Part shown: one piece after another, positions 1 through 9,416 of the stretch
Position numbering within the stretch: the stretch's first letter is position 1
Layout: every line of letters starts with the position of its first letter
Source: a virus
Taxonomy: Duplodnaviria; Caudoviricetes
Reading direction: 5' to 3' (one strand)
Virus record (IMG/VR): IMGVR_UViG_3300037721_000031
Location: 202,567 to 266,566 of that record
Length of the DNA stretch: 64,000 nucleotides
Notes under the pieces: model-generated
Database searches by the model: none
What the model was told of the DNA's origin: nothing
Seen by the model: only the letters and a program-made list of their open reading frames with translations
Made by a program: the position numbers and the translations under genes

Positions 1-215
1 AGAAGGTTGTTAGGCGTGTAGTCATAGACACATTTCAACTCACCTTCAAAGAAGGTATAGGCCGCATCCAGACAAACAATCTTCATCACTTCATCAAGCA
101 ATTCCAGACTTGCCTTTTCAGAAGAGATGTAAAGATGCTTACCATTTGTGTAGGCACCGACAGCAACGTATTTATTCACGGTTACTCCAAGGTTAATCAC
201 AGGTTGGGAAAACAT
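1..215 (-). CDS. hypothetical protein, runs off the window edge (MFSQPVINLGVTVNKY...)
   Basis: Manual translation from the ATG at 215 is open to position 1; a terminator-like hairpin at 234-269 lies upstream. Confidence 0.6.
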   Translation of the reverse strand, partial: MFSQPVINLGVTVNKYVAVGAYTNGKHLYISSEKASLELLDEVMKIVCLDAAYTFFEGELKCVYDYTPNNL

Positions 216-233
216 ACTAAAATAAAATTTAGA

Positions 234-269
234 ATAATTGGCATTGGGAATTACCCCAATGCCAATTAT
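234..269. terminator. stem-loop terminator
   Basis: ATAATTGGCATTGGG-aattac-CCCAATGCCAATTAT inverted repeat. Confidence 0.7.
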
Positions 270-333
270 ACCGTTATTATTAAAATACACATAACAGTAA
301 ATCGCACCTTAAATGCGATAAAAGAATTTAATC

Positions 334-576
334 TTAAACTTCTTCCTCAACAAGTTGAACTGATTGAAGCTTAATCTCAGGACAGACTTGTTTTAATTTC
401 TCAAAAACTTTACTTGCTTTGTCTTTATTGAAAAACCACTCAGCATTAGTCAAACACATATTCCATCGAATGACTAAGTTCTGATTGCCTTTATTTCCTT
501 GATCCTGTTTTTCGTAGTAAAGAACTCCGTCCTTAGAATCATCGAACGGGGTAGTAATCACATTAAAGAGCTTCAT
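334..576 (-). CDS. hypothetical protein, 80 aa
   Basis: SD AGGAGAAAGC before ATG; downstream of promoter motif at 740-756. Confidence 0.75.
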   Translation of the reverse strand: MKLFNVITTPFDDSKDGVLYYEKQDQGNKGNQNLVIRWNMCLTNAEWFFNKDKASKVFEKLKQVCPEIKLQSVQLVEEEV

Positions 577-739
577 GCTTTCTCCTAATAAAAGTTATTT
601 TAGTAAGACCTCACTTCTGTGAAGTTAGAAGCCTTACGAATACGACTATCTTCTTATTCTTATTCACCTTCAATACAAGTTAAAGAAAAAAACTACAGAA
701 CTCAACATAGAGGACATATACTGTCTCTAGTTCAGTTAT

Positions 740-756
740 GCTATATGTGTTTGAAA
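740..756 (-). promoter_or_regulatory. putative early (virion RNAP) promoter TTTCAAACACATATAGC
   Basis: One of 5 intergenic copies of TTTCA(A/G)xx(A)(C/T)ATAT-x-(A/G)C; resembles the phiKZ early TATATTAC element. Confidence 0.65.
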
Positions 757-835
757 TTAAATACGATGAAATATTCGAATGAGTTCTATAGTTTATTACT
801 AAGACGGTATTTTATTAGGACACCGTCTTAAGTTC

Positions 836-1174
836 CTACGTTAACAGAGGCAGCCGCGGATCATTCTCACCGAAGTAAGTCCGTGTCTTCGACTCTTGCT
901 TAACTCTTTCAATCACGAGGAAGCATGTGTAGTCGCATGCATCCCACATGTCGTGACTCAGGCAGTCAGTCTGAATGTATTCCGTGGTAATTTGGATATC
1001 ACCGAGATTGGAGAGATCCATATCAGGCCACTTCGCCTTGATCCGAAGCATCAACTCTTCCATGCTTTCGCCCCTGGCAATATAAAACTTTGAATCCGTA
1101 TCGTCAGGCCAGAACGTACGAATTTGTCCGTTGTTACGAGTTCCGTGTGTCACAATGTTTCCTTTTTTAACCAA
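836..1174 (-). CDS. hypothetical protein, PDDTD family (paralogue of 24191..24436)
   Basis: Shared PDDTDS, KWP, IQT and YT-FL-I motifs. Confidence 0.8.
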   Translation of the reverse strand: MVKKGNIVTHGTRNNGQIRTFWPDDTDSKFYIARGESMEELMLRIKAKWPDMDLSNLGDIQITTEYIQTDCLSHDMWDACDYTCFLVIERVKQESKTRTYFGENDPRLPLLT

Positions 1175-1475
1175 TGTATCTGTTGATGTATTTCTGACGC
1201 CGTTCGATCAATTCCGCCAAAGTGAGCCAAAACTGAGGGTCAGACCGATAATGCTGCAAATAGTGATTGCGCTTCGATGTAGTCATCAGTTGTTCAGCAC
1301 TGATTGCTTGTTCAAGAATCTGTTCAACTGACAATGACAGAACCTCAATTTTTTCCTTTTCTGAAAGGATCTGTGAGATAGAAGAGAATAACTTGTTCTC
1401 GTTCTCTAGATCACCTCCTGTTAAATACCGGTTGTTAAATATCGGTATCTTAATCTGTTTTACATCCTTTAACAT
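1167..1475 (-). CDS. hypothetical protein, ERRKSYI family
   Basis: Aligns with 13331..13744 and 13961..14293 (P-FNN--L...NE...S-E-I...ERR--YI). Confidence 0.8.
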   Translation of the reverse strand: MLKDVKQIKIPIFNNRYLTGGDLENENKLFSSISQILSEKEKIEVLSLSVEQILEQAISAEQLMTTSKRNHYLQHYRSDPQFWLTLAELIERRQKYINRYIG

Positions 1476-1507
1476 GATTAACTTATCCTTTCAGTCTAGT
1501 GACACGG

Positions 1508-1539
1508 CATAAAAGCTAGGCTCGAGCCTAGCTTTTATG
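1508..1539. terminator. palindromic terminator with CATAAA/TTTATG flanks
   Basis: Perfect 32-bp palindrome CATAAAAGCTAGGCTC|GAGCCTAGCTTTTATG. Confidence 0.8.
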
Positions 1540-1552
1540 TTGTACTTATTCC

Positions 1553-1831
1553 TTACCTTGAGATAGATCCTTCATCAATCATCTTCGCAATAAGACGTCG
1601 TTCTTTAGCTGCATCAAATTCAGCTGTCCCCTCGACTTCTTCAAGCTTGATTGAACACTTTCCTTCAGAAAGCCTATCGCCGTTCCATTGATGAACCTCG
1701 GTACGATCATTCGTATTAGGTTCAATATATGCGCCAACAATTTGCCCAGTATCGTCTTCGTACTTAGAAATAATTTCTCCGATTTGTTGGAGAAACTGCT
1801 CTTTGGTCATCGGTGATGAGGATTGAGTCAT
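1553..1831 (-). CDS. hypothetical protein (paralogue of 2264..2539)
   Basis: TKE---QI...YE--T...TEV--W-G-R...C-I shared. Confidence 0.8.
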   Translation of the reverse strand: MTQSSSPMTKEQFLQQIGEIISKYEDDTGQIVGAYIEPNTNDRTEVHQWNGDRLSEGKCSIKLEEVEGTAEFDAAKERRLIAKMIDEGSISR

Positions 1832-1901
1832 GATGAGCTTCCTTTATTCATATTCAGTAACTAGGGAGTCTTCAAAAACTCCCTAGTTGGCTTCCAATAT
1901 C

Positions 1902-2171
1902 TCAGCTGGCGCAGTAACGCTTCAGCTTTTCAGCCATGCGATACGACTTGTTGCTGATGCTTTGTGCCGGATCGTACTGCTTGCTGGACGAGAAACTGTC
2001 ACTCTGAATCTGATTCAGAACATTCACACGGTGAGCCTTGATCCGACGATTGTGTTGAAACACACGTGCAGATTCCGTAGCTCGCTTCACTTCACGTCGT
2101 TGCTCGACGGTTAAACGATCGTTACCAGAGAGATTGATCTTGCCAGCAGAAGACTTAGATGCATTCGACAT
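1902..2171 (-). CDS. basic hypothetical protein, 89 aa
   Basis: SD AAGGAAA before ATG; R/K/S-rich. Confidence 0.7.
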   Translation of the reverse strand: MSNASKSSAGKINLSGNDRLTVEQRREVKRATESARVFQHNRRIKAHRVNVLNQIQSDSFSSSKQYDPAQSISNKSYRMAEKLKRYCAS

Positions 2172-2263
2172 TTTAATTTCCTTGAGATTGATGAAGAAAA
2201 AGCTTTACCTAGTTAGCCAGAGTAAAGTACGGTTACGAGTTTTTAGGAAGCTAATAGATATTT

Positions 2264-2539
2264 CTAACTATTAAGCGACCGTAACTCAATTTCACATGTA
2301 GATGGATATCGATCACGCAAATCGCTATTAGACTGCTTATCAGCAGTCGCGAACCTGATGTTGCAGTCCCTCTTCAAGAAGCGTTCACCAGTCCACTCCA
2401 GTACCTCAGTCGGTTTCGACGCATCTGGAATCAGAATTACTCCTGCAACGAGATGTGTTTCTTTCTCGTACTGATCTGCCAACTTTGTAATTTGCTCGAT
2501 CAGCATTTCTTTGGTTAGTAGTGTTGGTACTTCGTTCAT
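2264..2539 (-). CDS. hypothetical protein (paralogue of 1553..1831)
   Basis: Alignment as above; SD AAGGAAAG. Confidence 0.8.
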   Translation of the reverse strand: MNEVPTLLTKEMLIEQITKLADQYEKETHLVAGVILIPDASKPTEVLEWTGERFLKRDCNIRFATADKQSNSDLRDRYPSTCEIELRSLNS

Positions 2540-2602
2540 ATGGCTTTCCTTCTGTAACTTTATTGATAAGGTAAAAGTAGTAGTCCTCTTACCTCACTCA
2601 CT

Positions 2603-3361
2603 TCAGTAAACGTAGTTCTTGAATGCCGGGATATCAGCTGCTCGGAGTGAGTTGTAAAGCTCGTGAGCGTCTTCGATGCTATCGAAGTCAGCCATCACTT
2701 GATTGTTAGGTTCTTTTGTCCTGGTAAAGAACTTCGAGTACTTGGGATAGGCAGCAACACGATGAGCGTAAGTGCTGATGGTATAGACTTGCTGAGGAAA
2801 TGCGTGCTTCTGAACCTTATAATTTTTATTGACATAGTCTACGAAAAACTGGGCGCCTTCCGAATTCCAAAACACGATATGGATGCGCTTACCTTCTCTA
2901 TCTTTACTGCCGTCTTGGAAAGTAGCTCCTGAATCCATCGTCAGCGAGTACCGTTCATCATCCACATCGCCATTGAGGTTCAGCATCATTCTCATGAAGT
3001 CATGAAGCTCAGGTGTAGCAATATCACCAAAGACAGAAAGACCTGCAGTGTCTTCATGTACTGACAGGTTCAGCCTGAACATTGGTTTAATAGAACCAGT
3101 TTCAGGATCAACCGCAACAGGTTGTTTCATGTAGTTGGGGTTATTGAAATAAAACAACGGATTATCGATACCAGAAAAATATCGATACTTACCGAATACA
3201 TTTCCCTTTCCAGTAGTGATAATTCCATTGACAACATCTTGGACTTCTTCTTTAACAATGCGAGTAGGAATGCCGTACTGTACCATCGCATTCAAGACAT
3301 GTCCGACAGATGTTCTCTGACAGACACCGAAAGGGCCATTATTCGTAGAGATGGAGTCCAT
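2603..3361 (-). CDS. hypothetical protein, GPFG family copy 1, with extra C-terminal domain
   Basis: Aligns with 3420..3974 and 4039..4602; last ~65 aa align with 34650..34910. Confidence 0.85.
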   Translation of the reverse strand: MDSISTNNGPFGVCQRTSVGHVLNAMVQYGIPTRIVKEEVQDVVNGIITTGKGNVFGKYRYFSGIDNPLFYFNNPNYMKQPVAVDPETGSIKPMFRLNLSVHEDTAGLSVFGDIATPELHDFMRMMLNLNGDVDDERYSLTMDSGATFQDGSKDREGKRIHIVFWNSEGAQFFVDYVNKNYKVQKHAFPQQVYTISTYAHRVAAYPKYSKFFTRTKEPNNQVMADFDSIEDAHELYNSLRAADIPAFKNYVY

Positions 3362-3419
3362 TTGCTTCTTTCAAGGATTTGTTGAAGACATTACAATTCA
3401 GATTGTAATGCAGAGACTA

Positions 3420-3974
3420 TCAGCTTGACTTCAAAGGTGCAGTGTAATTTTCGTTTACATAATCCACAAAAGCTTGTGCGTGAATGTGATCCCAGAATTC
3501 AACACAAGAGTACTTCTTTTGCTCGTAGGCATCGATGTACTCATTCATCACCGCCCCTGAATTCACTTTCAGTTGACTACCCAATGACAGGTTACCTACA
3601 GTAACCAGCTTCTTGACGTAAAATTCAAAGAATTCTACAGAATTGATATCTTCCTCAACAGTCATACAGGGAGAGCCACGCGGTGAAAAGGTCAAGCGAA
3701 ACACAGGTTTAGAGATACCCGTTTCCGGATCTACCACAACTGGATTTCTCATGTAATGCTTATCCATGACAAGAAACAGCGGTTGATCAATTCCATCAAA
3801 GTACCGATATTTCGCCACTACTTGACCATTCAGAGTGATATCTTCACCGCCTACTTGAACACCTTGAGTAACACCCAGTGGTACACCGAAATGATTCAGT
3901 GCGTTGAGAATGTGGTTGACGGAGCCACGTTGAGCAGTACCAAAAGGACCAGAATTCGTACTGACAGAGTTCAT
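3420..3974 (-). CDS. hypothetical protein, GPFG family copy 2
   Basis: NSGPFG, KYRYFDGIDQPLF, VVDPETG, FW---AQAFVDYVN motifs. Confidence 0.85.
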   Translation of the reverse strand: MNSVSTNSGPFGTAQRGSVNHILNALNHFGVPLGVTQGVQVGGEDITLNGQVVAKYRYFDGIDQPLFLVMDKHYMRNPVVVDPETGISKPVFRLTFSPRGSPCMTVEEDINSVEFFEFYVKKLVTVGNLSLGSQLKVNSGAVMNEYIDAYEQKKYSCVEFWDHIHAQAFVDYVNENYTAPLKSS

Positions 3975-4038
3975 TTGTTTCTTTCAAGTTTAGGAAAACA
4001 TTAGGGTCTTACTGCTCTAACAGTAAGACCCTTCGTTA

Positions 4039-4602
4039 TTAAACCGAATCAGACTTCGTGTTCACTACGTAATTGTTATTGATGAAGTCCACGAAAGCCT
4101 GAGCGCCCTTCGGCTTCCAGAACTCAATGAAGATAAACTCGCCATCAGGACGTTCAGAACCACCTTGAAAGAATGCTCCTGAGTCATTCTTCAGCTTGTA
4201 GCCAGGTTGATTCATGAAATTGGACAGACATGTGTAGCGGATGAACTCATGCAACTCGACACTTGCTTCAGGACCATCGATCATCAGACCAGGAGTATCC
4301 TGAACTGACAAGCCCAGATGAAACTGCGGACGCCTAGTACCAGCTTCCGGATTAACCACCATCCGTTGCTTTCCGTAGGTTGTACCTTGGAAGCGAAACA
4401 GAGGTTGATCGATGCCGTCGAAATACTTGTACTTGCAGAATTCCTTACCGTTATACATCAGGTCTGAACCGTTGCTGAAGCTTACATCTTCGATGATGCG
4501 AATGGGAACACCGCACTCATGCAATGCATTCATCACATGACCGGCAGAACCGCGTTCATACTTGCCGAAAGGACCACTGTTAGTTACCTTGGAAACATTC
4601 AT
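4039..4602 (-). CDS. hypothetical protein, GPFG family copy 3
   Basis: NSGPFG, KYKYFDGIDQPLF, SGAFFQ, FW---GAQAFVDFIN motifs. Confidence 0.85.
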   Translation of the reverse strand: MNVSKVTNSGPFGKYERGSAGHVMNALHECGVPIRIIEDVSFSNGSDLMYNGKEFCKYKYFDGIDQPLFRFQGTTYGKQRMVVNPEAGTRRPQFHLGLSVQDTPGLMIDGPEASVELHEFIRYTCLSNFMNQPGYKLKNDSGAFFQGGSERPDGEFIFIEFWKPKGAQAFVDFINNNYVVNTKSDSV

Positions 4603-4654
4603 TTCATTTCTCCAATGAGTTACGTGACGTTTGAAAGTTGAAACCAGACATTTA

Positions 4655-5272
4655 CTATAGACCTAGTAAACGGCGTAAATTCATAAATCTTTGTGTGGTG
4701 CTTGGATGAGTTGGAGTTGCTGGCAGTATTTTAAATCCTTGGACTGCTAGCAAGATCTCTTCCTTCTTATACCCGAGCTTTTGTAGTATAGCTGCAGCGG
4801 CTTCATCAGCTTCTAGCTCTACACGCCATGCTTGATCTTTAGCCTCTGGATGAAGCAGTACCCATTGCATTTTTGTTTTTATTTCAGTATCATCAATATC
4901 GCCAGGCACTAGTCTGCTGAGAAGTGCTGTTCGTTGTTCGTGATGGTTAAACCTTATATGTGAAAGCTCATGCGCAATAACGAAGCATCTTTGGATTTCA
5001 GTCATGACTTCCAAACTAATATCCGTAATCATTACCCCCGGTAATGACGCGGCACCAATAGGCATCTTAATGATGTATAGTTTGGCGTCTACATTGTACA
5101 CATCGTTAACACGTTTGAACGATTCAGCAATTGCCGTATTAGCTTTAACTTCGCTCGCAATATTTGCAATGTCGGCAATGTAAGCTTTGTTACCATTGGT
5201 TATGGCTTCATGCAAAGTGCGTGCCTCCAAAGAAAAGCAGAACAGAAAGAGTAACGAAGTCAGTAATTTCAT
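4655..5272 (-). CDS. M48-family zinc metallopeptidase, probably exported
   Basis: IAHELSH (HExxH), ELEADEAA and THPSTTQR motifs; signal-peptide-like MKLLTSLLFLFCFSLEA; start moved to 5272 because the longer ORF begins inside the terminator. Confidence 0.8.
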   Translation of the reverse strand: MKLLTSLLFLFCFSLEARTLHEAITNGNKAYIADIANIASEVKANTAIAESFKRVNDVYNVDAKLYIIKMPIGAASLPGVMITDISLEVMTEIQRCFVIAHELSHIRFNHHEQRTALLSRLVPGDIDDTEIKTKMQWVLLHPEAKDQAWRVELEADEAAAAILQKLGYKKEEILLAVQGFKILPATPTHPSTTQRFMNLRRLLGL

Positions 5273-5319
5273 AAGTACACCAATTGATTTATCTACTGTT
5301 GATGAAATATCAATATATG

Positions 5320-5358
5320 GCATAAATACGCGGAACTCTGAGTTCCGCGTATTTATGC
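5320..5358. terminator. palindromic terminator
   Basis: GCATAAATACGCGGAACT-ctg-AGTTCCGCGTATTTATGC. Confidence 0.8.
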
Positions 5359-5368
5359 TCTGTTCTTT

Positions 5369-5929
5369 CTACATGTAAGTAACGCAGCGGGCACCCATCA
5401 AGGTAAGTGTCGAAGCATACCAACCAGGGTCTGAAATGTGTTCATTACGAAGAACTGGACAAGCGTCATAAAAGTCACTAAAGTACAACGCATTATTCGC
5501 ATTATCAGACAAGGCTGCAGTCAGAAGCACTGAACGACCACCTTCAGAAACTCCAGCAAGTGACGGAGTTATGAAAAGCCCAATTCCGGTATCATCAGCA
5601 GTACGAATGCAAGTCACTGACATGATTCTGCTTGTATTCTGAAGAATGTCCATAGCCATTTCTTCTGATTCATTCTTAGGCGCTTTTTCAAGCAATGTGG
5701 TTCGGACAATACGCCCAGAAACCAATCCCTCATGCGCATATGCCAGTGCAGCAGTACCAGGCATCCTATCGCAGTAATCCGTGAATACCTTGATACCACG
5801 TGGATGACGACCTGTCACCATAGTCGTATGTGACTTACGATAGCCTGTCACAAATGTACAGACGGACGAAACAGTTGGGACTACCGGATTACTCAATTCA
5901 TTCTCCAAGTTGATTAAAGACACGACCAT
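5369..5929 (-). CDS. hypothetical protein, 186 aa
   Basis: Long ORF co-oriented with neighbours; no recognisable motif. Confidence 0.7.
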   Translation of the reverse strand: MVVSLINLENELSNPVVPTVSSVCTFVTGYRKSHTTMVTGRHPRGIKVFTDYCDRMPGTAALAYAHEGLVSGRIVRTTLLEKAPKNESEEMAMDILQNTSRIMSVTCIRTADDTGIGLFITPSLAGVSEGGRSVLLTAALSDNANNALYFSDFYDACPVLRNEHISDPGWYASTLTLMGARCVTYM

Positions 5930-5967
5930 GAATACAGTGTAAATGTAAAACGGTGAGTAAGATCTGA

Positions 5968-6198
5968 CTAATGGTCACAAGTAGCTGTAACTCGACCATG
6001 AAGCTTCATTTGAGCTTCCTGTACTGTTTCAGTGTAACCGATTATCTCGTAAACTTCTTCGCCACTTGCCAGCTTTGTAGGTTCTTTATCTTCTTTGTTA
6101 TAGATACAAAAGAAACTTTGTCTTACTCCAAACAAAGTTTCTTTGATGCGTCGAAACAAAATGTACTTACTCTTATCTGTCGGTTGAACTGTGAACAT
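5968..6198 (-). CDS. hypothetical phage protein, 76 aa
   Basis: SD GAGAAAG; fills the gap between terminators. Confidence 0.75.
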   Translation of the reverse strand: MFTVQPTDKSKYILFRRIKETLFGVRQSFFCIYNKEDKEPTKLASGEEVYEIIGYTETVQEAQMKLHGRVTATCDH

Positions 6199-6236
6199 GA
6201 ACGGTTCTTTCTCAGATGAATTTATACAACATATAA

Positions 6237-6272
6237 AGCATAAAGACGGTGAGAATTCACCGTCTTTATGCT
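6237..6272. terminator. palindromic terminator
   Basis: AGCATAAAGACGGTGA-gaat-TCACCGTCTTTATGCT. Confidence 0.8.
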
Positions 6273-6277
6273 ACTTT

Positions 6278-6643
6278 TCACCACCACGCCATGTAAGCGC
6301 TCTTCTTCAGGTTGGGAATCACCATCGGCTCATACTCGCCGTTGAGATTCTGCCACTTCCTCAGCTCACGCTTATTGAAAGTCTTCAGATCCTGATTCTC
6401 CACCTCACGGTCCTTGTGATTCGGACCCCACGAACGATTGCTCTTGGACTCACCATGGATGCCCCAATAGCGATCGGCAATCTCCTCCTTGGTCATGGCA
6501 CGGTAATCCTGACAACCACCGTGACCGTTCTTGCACGGATACTCCACCAAGGTGTCCCAGGTGGTGTAGAAGCCGTTGATCTTGCTACCGCTGATCTGGT
6601 TGTGGATCTTTTCGAAGTTCTTGCGACGAATGGTTCTGCTCAT
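6278..6643 (-). CDS. basic phage protein starting MSRTIRRK
   Basis: SD AGGAG; N-terminus of a type I recall from large phages. Confidence 0.8.
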   Translation of the reverse strand: MSRTIRRKNFEKIHNQISGSKINGFYTTWDTLVEYPCKNGHGGCQDYRAMTKEEIADRYWGIHGESKSNRSWGPNHKDREVENQDLKTFNKRELRKWQNLNGEYEPMVIPNLKKSAYMAWW

Positions 6644-6744
6644 GATTACTCCTGTTTGGCCTAGATCGACCTAAATGACAGGAGCAATAAACACACTCAA
6701 GATACCTTTTCATGAAAATTCCTTATATTGAATCAAGAAATACA

Positions 6745-6978
6745 TTACAGTGCAGGAGGAGGACATGGAGCCACATACTTCCAGTATGTGGTATTGACAG
6801 GCTTGACAGCCGCTCCAACACATCCGGACACAAACCACCTTTTCTGAACTGGATTCCACTGAAGCACTACCTCTTCGAAGGTATTACCATCAACTGAGCG
6901 TTGTTGCAACCAATGATGACCTGCGTGGCGAACATGTTCTTTTGGCGGACACGGTTCAACTGGATCTATTATTGACAT
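6745..6978 (-). CDS. hypothetical protein (paralogue of 19061..19300)
   Basis: EP-PP, VVL-W-P--K-WF-SG, PVNT--WKY---C-PP shared. Confidence 0.8.
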   Translation of the reverse strand: MSIIDPVEPCPPKEHVRHAGHHWLQQRSVDGNTFEEVVLQWNPVQKRWFVSGCVGAAVKPVNTTYWKYVAPCPPPAL

Positions 6979-7018
6979 TATACCACCATACTTAACTGGG
7001 GTGATTGTTAAGTTTACT

Positions 7019-7636
7019 TCAGAGAATAATATCTGGATTCTTATTGACCTCTTGACCGAGATGAATATCTACGTACATCTCTTTCTCTTCTACAGAAAGG
7101 ATAGGTTCATCATCCCGGCCAGTATTGATCAGAAGCTCTTTTGAAGAAAGCAATTGATCTACTGTGATTGTTGCAACGCCAGATACAGTACCATCACCGA
7201 TAAAGGATTCGGCTTTTGCATTCTTTTGGAAAGCTTCAGTAACATCGTCTCCATCACAATTGTCTGCTTGCTTAAAGCCAGAACCATAACCAGGGACATC
7301 CATGAAATGATGGGGAACTTGCCGATACTTAAAGCCGTTTTTATCTACGATCTTTACATCTTCGAAGATCTCATTCAGCTCAGAACGAAGATTGAGATCA
7401 TAAACAGTACCGAGATAGAATCCTTCTTGACGGTCGAATTGGATAAATACGTGACGAATGTCACCAACTATATTTACCAACTTAGTCTCAGCAATCAGCG
7501 CTTTCGCAGCATCATCTGACATCCTGACAGAGACGCGATCATCACACATTGTCTCCACACTACATTCACCGATGACTTGGTTATCACGAATGAGTAGTGC
7601 GGGACGACCAACATACTTAATCGCAGGATAATTCAT
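7019..7636 (-). CDS. hypothetical protein, VIGEC/DVxGY family copy 1, with acidic C-terminal extension
   Basis: Aligns with 7695, 22809 and 34997 ORFs. Confidence 0.85.
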   Translation of the reverse strand: MNYPAIKYVGRPALLIRDNQVIGECSVETMCDDRVSVRMSDDAAKALIAETKLVNIVGDIRHVFIQFDRQEGFYLGTVYDLNLRSELNEIFEDVKIVDKNGFKYRQVPHHFMDVPGYGSGFKQADNCDGDDVTEAFQKNAKAESFIGDGTVSGVATITVDQLLSSKELLINTGRDDEPILSVEEKEMYVDIHLGQEVNKNPDIIL

Positions 7637-7694
7637 TTCAGCTCCTATAAAAGACGGTTGTGTAAATAGGTCGGATTACGTAATTGGTAACGGC

Positions 7695-8066
7695 CTAAGA
7701 AAAGAAAGACCTATAACCTTCAACATCTTTAAACCAATGCGGACAAGTTCCCATTTCAAAATTATTCTTATCAACAATCCGCACACCGTTAAAGATACCA
7801 TTCATTTCTTTTAGTTCTTGACCCTGAAGTGCACATCCAACGTACTCACCAGTAATCGTGCCAAAATGAGGACGAATGTATTCAGCATCTGCGAGTCTTT
7901 TCATCACTTCGCTATTGGAGATCAAAGTCTTCGCGCGATCATCAGTCATTTTTACGACAGCGCGAGCACAATTATCTACCATATAACAAACAAAGCATTC
8001 CCCAATAACCTTGTTATCACGAACAAGCAGAGCAGGTACTTCAGCTGCATTAACTGCATAAGACAT
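7695..8066 (-). CDS. hypothetical protein, VIGEC/DVxGY family copy 2
   Basis: ALL-RDN-VIGEC, M-DD-AK-LI, IVDK, F-DV-GY. Confidence 0.85.
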   Translation of the reverse strand: MSYAVNAAEVPALLVRDNKVIGECFVCYMVDNCARAVVKMTDDRAKTLISNSEVMKRLADAEYIRPHFGTITGEYVGCALQGQELKEMNGIFNGVRIVDKNNFEMGTCPHWFKDVEGYRSFFS

Positions 8067-8092
8067 ATCTAACTCCTTTGAAACGCGACTGA

Positions 8093-8464
8093 TTAATAAT
8101 TATCATATCTGGGCGCAAGTTCAGCTAAAACACCAGATGTCAGCTGAGTCTTGGAGAGATCATCCCACATTTCTTTCAATTCTTTCGGACCTGTCGGATG
8201 TGACGAATGGATGATGACTTTCTGGACCTTATTTAAATCAAGGTGACCGTCAAGATGTTGTCGACGCAACCACATTATGAATCTCTTCGTGGTCGGGTAC
8301 ATGTCGCCGAGATGATAATCGAGCATCATGACGCTGGGAATGCCTAGCAAACTCACTAGATCAATCGCTTGCTGAGAACTACGTGCAATCCTCACATCTT
8401 CAGATCTGTGGCATTCGTCAGTTGGATTTCTGACATCATCAAGGAAAAGAGTATATGAGATCAT
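8093..8464 (-). CDS. cyclic-phosphate-processing receiver-like domain protein
   Basis: LFLDDVRNP, IARS, LDYHLG, IHSSHP-G follow the LFLDD-R / DHDLG / HSANP pattern of this family. Confidence 0.65.
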   Translation of the reverse strand: MISYTLFLDDVRNPTDECHRSEDVRIARSSQQAIDLVSLLGIPSVMMLDYHLGDMYPTTKRFIMWLRRQHLDGHLDLNKVQKVIIHSSHPTGPKELKEMWDDLSKTQLTSGVLAELAPRYDNY

Positions 8465-8469
8465 GTCGT

Positions 8470-8673
8470 TTAGTCGTAGAAACGAGTGTCGTCAATGATC
8501 CGTTCTGCGAGGTTGCTCGCTTCTTCTATCGTGATCTCTTCATTCGGATCACGACCACTTACTGCATTAGAACAGTAAGTGGTTACGCCTTTTTCTTTCA
8601 GGACACTCTTGGCATTCGCGATTGCAGCAGCCACAGTAGTGTTCTTGAGAGTCTTTTCACGATGGGTGAACAT
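8470..8673 (-). CDS. hypothetical protein, 67 aa
   Basis: SD AAAGGA; closely packed with the next gene. Confidence 0.65.
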   Translation of the reverse strand: MFTHREKTLKNTTVAAAIANAKSVLKEKGVTTYCSNAVSGRDPNEEITIEEASNLAERIIDDTRFYD

Positions 8674-8751
8674 GATGATTCCTTTGTGAGATGAATGATT
8701 AATGATGGTGGAAGATCAATCTATTTATGAAACTTCCATCATCAGTTAGTT

Positions 8752-9081
8752 TTAAATACCAGCGTCTTCTCGTGTTTCGTATCTCCGAACTGAATCAGTG
8801 GAGTTAGGAATTACAAATGCTGTAAACTCACGTCCTCTACCAGTCTTGGAGTCACCTTCCATGATCTGCTGTTTAGCAGCATCGATGAATGAAGTGTTTG
8901 CAAAACCAAGAGTGATAATAAGCTCCTTTGTACCCCAGATGTGCGCGACGATGTTAGTTACATACTTACCGCCACCATGCTTTCCAGAGCACTCCTTATA
9001 GTCATACCCAAGACTGACCACTTCATTACAACGAGCGCAACAGAGTAACTTCATGATATCAGTTCCTTTAGAATGACTCAA
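8752..9081 (-). CDS. hypothetical protein with CxxC motif
   Basis: KLLCCARC; probable start at MKLL with SD AAGGA. Confidence 0.7.
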   Translation of the reverse strand: MSHSKGTDIMKLLCCARCNEVVSLGYDYKECSGKHGGGKYVTNIVAHIWGTKELIITLGFANTSFIDAAKQQIMEGDSKTGRGREFTAFVIPNSTDSVRRYETREDAGI

Positions 9082-9087
9082 CCTATG

Positions 9088-9381
9088 TCACAGTGGGGCA
9101 CGCCCCCAAGCGCAACGAGTTCCTTTTCGATCTAAACGACTACCGCATTGTGGCGGCTTGAACTTAATTACTGTTTCTGCATTGTTTCTATTAGTTGTTG
9201 CGACACATCCAGTACTAACGATGAGTCCGTACACCGTGTTCTGACCAAGTGGAAATGCATCTGCTTTTATGCCAGTGCAATGAGACATATCTTCAAAGCC
9301 AGTGATGTATCGAGTCACAGGTATCTGATCTGAGCCTGGTTGACCCACTAAGAATACTACAATAAGCATAATCTCTGTCAT
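9088..9381 (-). CDS. small exported/membrane protein with 2 conserved Cys (paralogue of 9417..9680)
   Basis: Hydrophobic MLIVVFLV start; Y-I-G...C...C pattern shared. Confidence 0.7.
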   Translation of the reverse strand: MTEIMLIVVFLVGQPGSDQIPVTRYITGFEDMSHCTGIKADAFPLGQNTVYGLIVSTGCVATTNRNNAETVIKFKPPQCGSRLDRKGTRCAWGRAPL

Positions 9382-9416
9382 GATTACTTCTCCGTTATAA
9401 CGATTGATGGGAAGTC

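Noticed and set aside
135-831. Plus-strand ORFs 135..374 and 619..831
   Set aside because: They overlap minus-strand genes, a terminator and a promoter motif, and have no SD; shadow ORFs
6191-6664. 157-aa plus-strand ORF
   Set aside because: Antisense to the well-supported 6278..6643 gene and runs through a terminator
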